A stretch of DNA of 64,000 bases from the human T2T-CHM13v2.0 reference genome, Homo sapiens, in NCBI RefSeq assembly GCF_009914755.1, contig NC_060927.1; one strand, written 5' to 3'. Below are positions 54,151-64,000 of the stretch, piece after piece. The position numbers and the translations under genes are program-made. The notes beneath the pieces are model-generated. The model made no database searches, was not told the DNA's origin, and saw nothing but the letters and a program-made list of their open reading frames with translations. Every line of letters starts with the position of its first letter. Positions within the stretch are counted from its first letter, which is position 1.

Positions 54151-55589
54151 GGTGTTATTATATTTGAATGATAAACAAACATTCAAAGGACACCACTCTG
54201 TGGTGCCGAGATATTCAGCTTTATTGAATTTTTTCCATTGACTACCCTGAATTTCCACTATCTGGGTTTTTTTTTTTTTAAATTACTGAAAAGACTGAGC
54301 TGATGAGATGCCCTGGCATTTAAAAATGCTATAAAATCATGTGCTTTTCTTTTGAGAAGGAAATATCTGTTGGAGTTACTGTTAATCACAGCATTTTCTG
54401 AGGAGCTGATTATATGCCAGGCATCACCATGTGACACATTTCTTCACAGATTTCAGAATGTGTGAGATTTGATATGAAAACTAAACCCAATACTGTGCCT
54501 CTTCAAAACCTCCGTAGCTGTATTCCCCATCTCCAATGCATGCACACATATATACAAATAACAGCAAAACAATAGAAATGATGTAAAAGGGAAGAAATAA
54601 AAGGAAAAAAAAGGTCCGCTTAGATTATCCTGTTCATTTTACAGCATGCCTACCTATACTGGCATTTAGTAGCAATAACAAAAATCATTGCTAACCTTTA
54701 CTGAGCCCACACTGGGTGCCAAGCGCCTGGCGTCTCCTGACAGGGCCTGGGGAGGGATGAGTGGAAGCCCCCACCACGACGGATGGTGCTGAATTCAAGT
54801 CTGCTTTATCTCCTGTGCCACCAGGGCCCCTTTCATTAAAGCCTCCATAGGTGATAATAACAGCAACCTCTTTCCTAGAAAGGTCATAATCTGCGGATCA
54901 GAGGGTTTAAGAAACTCTTTGGGGAAGGGAGGATCACACTGTGAAAAATCCTGGTAGCTACTGCTGTAAAGTTTATGAAAACCAAATTTTAATAATATGT
55001 TCTACAACTTTAGCTACGTAAGAAAAAAAATGCAACTGGACAACAGGCAAATGGTTAAGATTGCTCAGAGATGTCTGAGTGCCTGGGACATAACAGCAAT
55101 TCTGGGTATGTTTACTGAGCACTTACTACACACCAGATACAAAGAGGAGGCAAATGTCACGGTCTGCACTATGAGGAATTGCCAATGTCCAACCATTCTG
55201 ACCTACAAGAAAAAAGAAGTTTCACAGGGTACACTCCAGAAGTTCCAGTTTTGAGACTCTATCAACTAGAAAGTACTCAAAACATGTCAATAAAAATCGC
55301 TGGATCTTTAAACTTCTTGACCACAGCAATTTTCTGATGAAAATGCTTTTCCCTCAAAGGCTTTTAGTGTGTGGATTTTGCTGAGGGCCATGGCAGAGTT
55401 TTTTCCACACCACATTAGAAGGGTTGTTCTGAGGGAAGACACTTATTGCGGGGAGGAGGGGTTGGTGGGAGGTGAGGGGGAGGATCGGAGGATCTTTTAT
55501 TTTTTTAACAAAGCTAAAAGGCCCAGGTCACCATCCGGCTCTGCCACTCCCTTTTACTGCTAAAATACAAATAAGCTCCATCCACAAGA

Positions 55590-55745
55590 ACAGTAGCTGC
55601 CTGAGGGCAGGGGCCTCCTGTGTCTTGGACTTGGGCCTCCTGTGTCTTATTCTGTATACTGTGTCCCCAGTATACAGAATAAGGCCCAGCACAGGGTAGG
55701 CACTCAATATATGTTGAATAAATGAGCAAATCAATGAATGAATAA
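55590..55745 (+). mobile_element. L2 3' terminus
   Basis: ctgagggcaggg...ctgtgtccccag...gtaggcactcaatatatgttgaataaatga...aatgaatgaat. Confidence 0.8.
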
Positions 55746-58700
55746 CTCTGGGTGAAATTCACTGGAGGAAGTTTAGCTTCTGTTTCTCCACCTGGCATGA
55801 TACCACAGGCGACCCAGTGAGGGTATTAAAAGGAAGATGTGTGTAGTGCCTCATTATCTGTAAACCAGTATTACTGGAGAGTACGGACCTGTTGGAGGCA
55901 ACACAAAACGAAGACAATCTCACCACCACATTGCATCAAATGATCGTCACTGTCTATAAGGGAAATTTCAAAGCCACTTGAAAGTACTTTTGGGATGGAC
56001 TCACAGCTGTCTGTCCTTAGATCATAAAAGTACTGGCTTGTTCATTTTGAGAAATAAATGTAACCAAATAAGCCCAGCATACTTGTGCCATGCCCATTCA
56101 TCAGTGAGGAAACAGCTTCAATACAAGCTTTTTTGTAATGGCTTCCCCTGCCATGGGATTTCAGGTGAAGCTCAGATTTCAAGGTTCTGCAATACGTAAT
56201 TCAGATGGCTTTCCAACTTGTCTAAAACATTTTATAGTTGCCCTGAAATATTTCAAAAATTCTGCTGAGAATGATTCTCCCATTTACATATAACACAAAA
56301 TGTGTATGGTAAAATTTAAATGCAGTGTCTTCACGCTGAAGCTGAGCAATGACTTTATCAAATTCTGTATCCTGGAAGATGAAGCGTGTTTCTGAAGATG
56401 AATGCTTGGAGGTGATATAATTTGTAAGTGAGCGGATGATTTTTTATTACACCGTATGCATCCACATGAAGAAATAAAACTCTGGAAAAAGCCTGAGTTC
56501 AGCAGCTGGAAGATGAGGTGAGAACTCCCAGGTCCAGCTCTACTCCCAACTACATGCCTATGCATTTCCATGTACCCAGGTTCTGCCTCTGAAAGGCACA
56601 GCACCATTCTGAATCAAGGAAACAAGCCAGGACGTGCAAAGATGAGGGCAGAATTCCTTCCACCCCACTCACGACAACAGCCCAAGTAAGGAATACTAAG
56701 CTCTTGAATGGCTTTCCATAATTCATCATCCTAGGATAGAGGAGAAAAAATACCCCACAACCTCTCCCTAGCCGAACTCTGGAAACAGGTTGACTCATTT
56801 CATTTCTGTGGTTTTTCAGAGTAAAAGCTCTGGAATCTTCATGGCAGTAGATAGTTGTTTTCTTTAAAGCTTATAAGCCTTTCTTGATGAAGAAAAACTA
56901 AACACTCAAAAGTATCATTAAGTGACAGCAGCACCAACAATACCACCATGAAACCTGGTATAGTTGTGGGTGCCTCTGTCATGGTCCCAGTGAAAAGATA
57001 GAAGTCCCTGATGCATAGGCAGTCCCTTGGTAAGAATCTGGCCTGGAAAGTCTTGGAGATACAGTGCAGTGGCCTGCAAGCGGGTAGATGAGCGGCACTG
57101 CTTAAAGGAGCTCCTCCTCGAGCTTCTGGTCCAGGTGTGGCCATCTGGCCCTATCAGCTCTCTGCTCACAGGACAGAGAGAAGAGGCTCAGCTGGAAATA
57201 ACTACATAGAGTCAAGTGGCTGCCTCCAAGAGATGCTGTGAGCCCAAACTCACTGTCACGTGGGGTGTAAGTGGGATTAGTGCCTACTTCCATGGCTCCA
57301 GAAAAAGGGTAAAGACAGTCATTTCTGTTTTTGCTGAAGCTAAGTCCACTGCAGACTCAGACCAGAGATGGGTCAGGCCAGAGCCAGAGTCAACTCTGAA
57401 GCTTGCTTTTATTTACTCTTGGCAAGTCCCAACTTCCTGGTTCTAAGAAGAATGAAGCGGGGGAGGGTTAAAAGTCTTATAAAAAGGCTCCAAAGGCTTC
57501 TTGGACACCAAAGAGCTCTTACAAAACTACATTTTGATGAGCTACATGTAAATGAATCAGAAACATATGGATTTCATTTCCTTCATAATACACAGGGGTT
57601 TCAGAACGAAGAGGTTGTGGAGTGCTTGCTGAGATAAGTCTGGGCTCTGTGAAAATGTTAAAGCGGGGGAAGCTTCAGACATATGCTGAACCTAAATTAA
57701 GACTAGGCCAACAACCCCGCGCCCACACCCCTTCCTCTATGGGGCTTTGATATCCACCAGCTAACCTTAGGTGCTACGTAGAGAGAGAGCAAGCACTACA
57801 TACCCAAATGTGACAGGCGCTTGGGGTCTGTGGCTTTCTCTGATGATGTTTGAGGATTTGGAAGTTTCTTGTAACCAGCTCCAAAACATTGAATATTTTG
57901 CTGGCTGCTGGGAGTTACGAAGCAGAAGATACAGACGTTTTATTTCCCCAGATTCCACTAAAGGGGATGCAGGCAGCATGTCCCTGAGAGGTGAACACTC
58001 TGTATGCTGAAGCAAAGGAGGGATCCTACTTTAGAGCACTCACTAATTTGAGGCTTTTTGAAGCACACACCCTGGAGCTTCGACTGTCTTGCGGAGAGCT
58101 CAACCTAGTTGACTTCCCTGGGATGTGGGCTGGAGAGGGAGTGGGCAGACATCCATATTGTAAGATTGGTAATCTTGGCCTCTGCCTTTTCACACAAGCA
58201 TTTATTAAGCTAATGAATTATGAGGGGGCAATAAAGAAGCTAGTAGTAAATGAGGTTTCTGCAGGGAGCTGCTTGATAGGGTCAATCACTCAACACCTGT
58301 TTTAGTTAAAAATTAAATGGATTGTTTTAATTTTATGTCAGAAAGCCAGTGTGTCTGAGTCAAGAAAATAGATTGTCGCCAAAGAAAGAAAAAGATAAAA
58401 CAAAAAGCAGGACAACAGATGCTGGTGAAGACATAAGGAAAAATGGAAAACAGACAAGTGTTACAAAGGCAGTCATGAGAACTGATGAGAAAGAACTTTA
58501 AAACAGCTGGAAAAGAGAGAAAATGGTGCAGAAAATGGCACCTGCCCCATGCAAGGCACAAAGCTGGTTGTTAGGAAGAACATCAAACATCACAAAAGCC
58601 ATTTTCTTTTGATAGGTCAAATGGTTGGTGGCATATCTCTTCTCGCCTCTGAACACAACTACAATCACTTTCTGTTGATAATAATGTTAAGCTTAATTAT

Positions 58701-59737
58701 ACAGAGGCTGCACTTGAACGTTTCCTTCCTTATAGCTAAGCGATGCCATTATTTTTCATTTAATTGCAGAATAACGAGTGCTCTGTTCATGAAGTCCAGG
58801 AATTGCTAATATAACAATGGTGAATGCAGTGGCAGTGCACGACTTCAATTTTCATGATTACTATTCATTAGCGGTCTGTCAAATGGATAGAATAGGCTCT
58901 TTTCTTCTCTACCAGCTAGCAAAGGGCACTGTACCCGAGAGAAGTTGCATGGCAGGAAGAGTGAATCAAGCTGCCCTGTCTGCTGCAGGCTTAGGTTCAA
59001 AGTCCAACCCTGCAAGCCCAAATCCCAAGTCTTTGGACACAGAACAGCTGCTTATACAAGTTCACACTTCTATAAAATCAGGTGAGGACAAATGGACGAT
59101 GATGCAGCAAGTACACTCCTGGTAATCGGCAAAGGTGGCATCCTTTGTTGCCAAACATTTCATAAAGGGTTTTTCACTCAAAGACGGAGAGAAGGGTTTG
59201 GAAAAGGAAATGGAACTAGAAGTCCCAAGAATCGGAGAAAGAGAAATGTAGGGCGTGAATTTAAATAAGAAATGGATATGTCTCATCACAGGCAGTACAT
59301 TCTACTGTTAAACTGCCCTCTTTAGGGGATCAAGTACCATGTTTGTCTGAGTCACCTTCGTACTTCTGTGCCATATTTCATGCTGCCCAGGGAATTATTC
59401 ACATCTTAAGCTACGTATCTCAGTAGAGCTGTACAATCCATAGGTAATTTGCTAACCTTAGTAACAATTCTATAGATCCTTGTAGCATTTTTTATTTAAA
59501 AAACCAACTTCTCACCTGCCTCTAATCCATGTCCTTTCAGATCCTGGGCCCTGGCTGCCTGTTAGTGCAGATGCTGCCTTAGCAAACAGAGGGTATGGTC
59601 CAACTTGCCTATGAACCGGGAAGCATAATATTTTAATATTTGTGCCTTAAGCAGTTGTTTTACTTAAAAGCACAGGAAATCCTGTCTTTTTTCTTGTTAT
59701 AAAATCTTACAAAGCTACTGGAAAGATCTCCGTAGGC

Positions 59738-59928
59738 CAGTGGTTTTCAAAGTGGGTTCCCAGAACTAGCAACAGCTGAATCATCCGGGAACTGGTTAGA
59801 AATGCAAAGTCTCGCCGCCACCCCTCAACCCCCCAGACCTAATGAACCAGAAATTCTGGGGTGTGGCCCAGTGGCCTGCGTTTTAACAGGCCCTTTAGGT
59901 CATTCTGCTTCACGTTCAAGTTTGAGAA
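59738..59928. mobile_element. MER5A hAT MITE
   Basis: cagtggttttcaaagtg...gttagaaatgcaaa...ttttaacaggccct...aagtttgagaa. Confidence 0.88.
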
Positions 59929-59942
59929 TGGACACTCTAAGG

Positions 59943-60128
59943 CACTGGTTCTCAATCCTGGCTGCACATTATAATCACCTGGAGGGTTGTTTTTAAAAAC
60001 AATCAATACCTGGTCTTACCCTAGACCAATTAAACCAGAAATCTCTAAGGCAGGGCCCAGGAATCAGTCTTTATTTAAAAGCCCCCCACCTGATTTGACT
60101 GCAAAGGCAAAATTGAAAACCACTGTTG
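59943..60128. mobile_element. MER5B-like hAT MITE
   Basis: tggttctcaatcctggctgcacattataatcacctggag...ccaattaaaccagaaatctct...ttgaaaaccactg. Confidence 0.82.
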
Positions 60129-60978
60129 TAAGCAGACCTGCCCTGTGCAGCTTCAAGCCAAATCTCACAGCAGCAGACATTGCCAATAACTGCAAGTAGT
60201 TACCCCAAAGCAACTTACTATTATTGATTAAATGCTGGTTTCTAAAAAATGAAGGCACACCTGTATATGGTGACGTCTACCCAAAGATGTCCTGGTCTAA
60301 TATCAGGTTTGTGAATTATAAAGAAATAGAAGTGCCAATGATCAGGGTAAGGAAAGGATGAATAAACTGAAACAGAAGCACAACCAAAACAAAACAAAAA
60401 CACGCTGTTTCAGGAATCAGCAGATTTGTTGGAACAAGGGTCATACAGACAGCAATACTCTGAAGTGTCTCTGCCCTGGAGAAGCAGAATGTTGCAAAAT
60501 GTTCTTTTTCTTTTAAATGTTTATAATGAGAGTTATCAGAAAGAAAACTAGCTAAAACTGAACAGTGCAGAATAACGCTGGATGCTTTCAGGGAACACCT
60601 TGTGTTTGAAATTGTAAAAACTGTGATGTCATTCATTTAAATTTGAGTGAAACAAGATCACTTGGAACAAGTAAACCAGCTAAACATCCCTGTATGTGCA
60701 GGGCCAAAGGTGTAATATTGCCAATTTTTAATTTAGGTTTAATTTTGTCACTCCTGTTGTGGCTTATTAAGAAAATGTATTTTTTTGAGAGGTGGATACT
60801 GCAGTCTGTAGGGGAAAATGACACACTGTCTTGGATGAGCTTTGAAATACTTTGGTATAGAAAGAAGAAAAGGAGGGAACCAAGAAAAGTCAATGTAGCA
60901 AAAAATCATCAGCTCTGTCAAATGAAAGTAATGGCTATCATTGTTTAATGTTCCTTTTGCATCATTTGAAACTTACGG

Positions 60979-61305
<327 letters not shown>

Positions 61306-61729
61306 TTATTTCCCCACTTCTAATATTAGAAGCCTACAGAGAAAATCCTAAAAGTGCTAAAGGGTCATATTTTTGAGATGCTACCTTCTTGAAGCAGTAG
61401 ACTAAGCCTATGTTTATACCTGCATGTGATTTTATTTATTTTTCATAGCAACACAAAGGCCATTATCCTTCCCCTGTTGTACCTGTGAAAAGCCTGAGGT
61501 CTGGAGAAGGTCAGTAATTCTCAATGCCACACTGCTAGGCAGTGGCTGAGCTGAAATACCCATGCCTGTCCAAGTGACTGATTCCTATGACCTTCCATCC
61601 CCCTTCACTGCCTTTCCTTCTTTGTGGACAGTCCTGAGTTTAGGGTCAGCACTACAAAGCGAAACACTCCAATCACCTGGGGCACATTCCTTTTCTCACT
61701 CCTTCCCACGTCCTCGTCTTCTATCCTCC

Positions 61730-61800
61730 CAGTTACTCATCTCAGTACCTCAGTTTCCCCACCTAAATGTTGCCTCTTAGGTTTCACGTGGGAATTAAAG

Positions 61801-61834
<34 letters not shown>

Positions 61835-61890
61835 CCAAACACCTTAGAACAGTCCCTGGGAGATAGCATTATATACATAATCACTATTAT
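61730..61890 (+). mobile_element. MIR fragment containing (TG)n at 61804-61832
   Basis: cctcagtttccccacct...cttagaacagtccctgg; about 14 TG units. Confidence 0.7.
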
Positions 61891-62845
61891 ACTTCTACCC
61901 TAGTAACTTTCTCACCACTCAAAACTTTCTCCTTCATGAAGTGTCTTCATGATTAACTTTAAATGGATAATAACTGGACTAAGCAGCAGATTCACTGAGG
62001 AGTTTACACAATTATCTCATTCATTCCTCATGACCCTGTAAAATTAGGGTGTTTTCTTCTCTGGAAGAAATACAAAATACAAAGAACATATGTTTATGGT
62101 GTGTATGAGGTTTTTGCGCATGTGAGTGTGTGTGTCCACAGTAGCTTTCAAAAGAACAGTCATTCTTATCAACTAGATTCTGCAGAACTTAAGAGAAATG
62201 TGATTAAAACATTACTGACAAGGCATCGCTATTTATGTTAGTGAATTCTAACTGGACCTATCCAGATGTATGTTTACGGATTATTTGCCCAAGAAGAACA
62301 GGTGCTAGTCCTTGGAAGAAGTATGATTAATAAACACTGTTTAGGATTTGAGATGCCCAAATAGGTATTTGGAAAACAGATCTTCAGAAGGAAGGTAAAT
62401 ATTTCTATTAGAGTATAAACAACACAGTCCTACCGAGCACAGTTGCTCAGTGTGATGACTCATCATGCAGCTTCAGCCTACTTGAGACTCACTAAGGATC
62501 ACACAATAATAAACACAACCTACTACGTGCTCACCACGGTGGCTGATTCCCTGGTGAGGAGAGGAGTATCAGGTGACTCTAGTCCAGATAATTGAAAGAG
62601 AGAAAGCTAACATATAAAATGGAATAATTAAAGGTTAAAGTAGAGACTACAAGGAAGGGAAAGTGTTTTGAAAATGTAAGACATTTCATGTTTGACTCAA
62701 GGTAAGCGGACATGTCTTAACTTCAGAAATAGCCTGTAAAAATGCACCAATATGGGAAGGTCATGCACCAAGTTCAGAATAGTGCTTACGCTTCTGATAA
62801 TTAACACGGTTGACACAATGATCTCATTTATTCCTCCTGATTCTA

Positions 62846-63241
<396 letters not shown>

Positions 63242-63779
63242 TCAAGCCCTCTAATGTCACAGTGTATATCCTTAAGAATTCCGTGGTGTGACTTCAGAAC
63301 ACGCAGGAAGAAATGTCAATACAGGCTGGAGGAGTAGGCCAAGGTGACAGGGAGTACCTTATCCCTACTTCAGCTCTGGCAAAGTAGTGGCGGCATCTGG
63401 ATAGGTGAGGAAGGCATGGACAGGGTGACAGGAGATGCTGGAATACGCATGGCACACACATGACCAGGAAGTTCATGCTGGCCAGAGCCACAACGGGCAT
63501 AAGGACTCATGGAAACAAGAATGAGAAAGAATGGGGCTGGAAGGAAGAAACTGACAACTGTATACAACTATCTCACTGGCAGCTGGAGGTACAAAGTAGA
63601 GGCCCATGAGGCCTGGATATCTGGGCATGACCAGCACAGAGCTGCTGAGTGAAGGTTATATGCAGCCTGAGATGGAGAATAGAGGGCCAAGGGCTGATGT
63701 GGAGAATGGCCACCACTTAGGTCAGAAGAAAGGCCTGGTGAAGGGGAACGTGTATTTTTACAATCTTATATATACCCAT

Positions 63780-63923
63780 GAGGTTCCACCTGGATTCAAA
63801 TCCAGTATGCAGCTTACGAGGTGTGACATTGGCCAAGTCACAAAATTTCTCTGCGCCTCATTTTACTCAAATATAAAAAGAGAATAAGGTATATAAGAAT
63901 ATCTCACAGGATTGTTGAGAGAA

Positions 63924-63953
<30 letters not shown>
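63780..63953 (+). mobile_element. MIR fragment ending in (CA)n (63925-63953)
   Basis: tgtgacattggccaagtcac...ctctgcgcctca...tctcacaggattgttgaga. Confidence 0.75.
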
Positions 63954-63956
<3 letters not shown>

Positions 63957-64000
63957 CCAAGATGAGAACAAGGCCAGACACAGATAAGTGCTCTGTAAGT

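Overview
Primate genomic DNA, most likely human or great ape given AluJ, AluS and AluY copies with intact target-site duplications. I found no recognisable protein-coding exon, RNA gene or CpG-island promoter. The window reads as a large intron or intergenic stretch: about 20 Alu copies, old L1/L2/MIR fragments, six MaLR solo LTRs and several hAT/Tigger MITEs, separated by multi-kb repeat-poor blocks with regulatory motif clusters. The listed ORFs are Alu/L1-derived or of chance length. I could not identify the locus or host gene, and I see no evidence of a new multi-gene system. The most notable items are a divergent pair of CTCF motifs, a perfect HNF1 palindrome cluster, STAT and nuclear-receptor clusters, and a CpG micro-island with a B-box-like motif. 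Also notable are a 109-bp locally templated copy of an Alu/flank junction, a three-arm Alu, other template-switch scars, close inverted Alu pairs and G4/i-motif tracts. Repeat subfamily calls come from remembered consensus sequences, and boundaries of old repeats are approximate.
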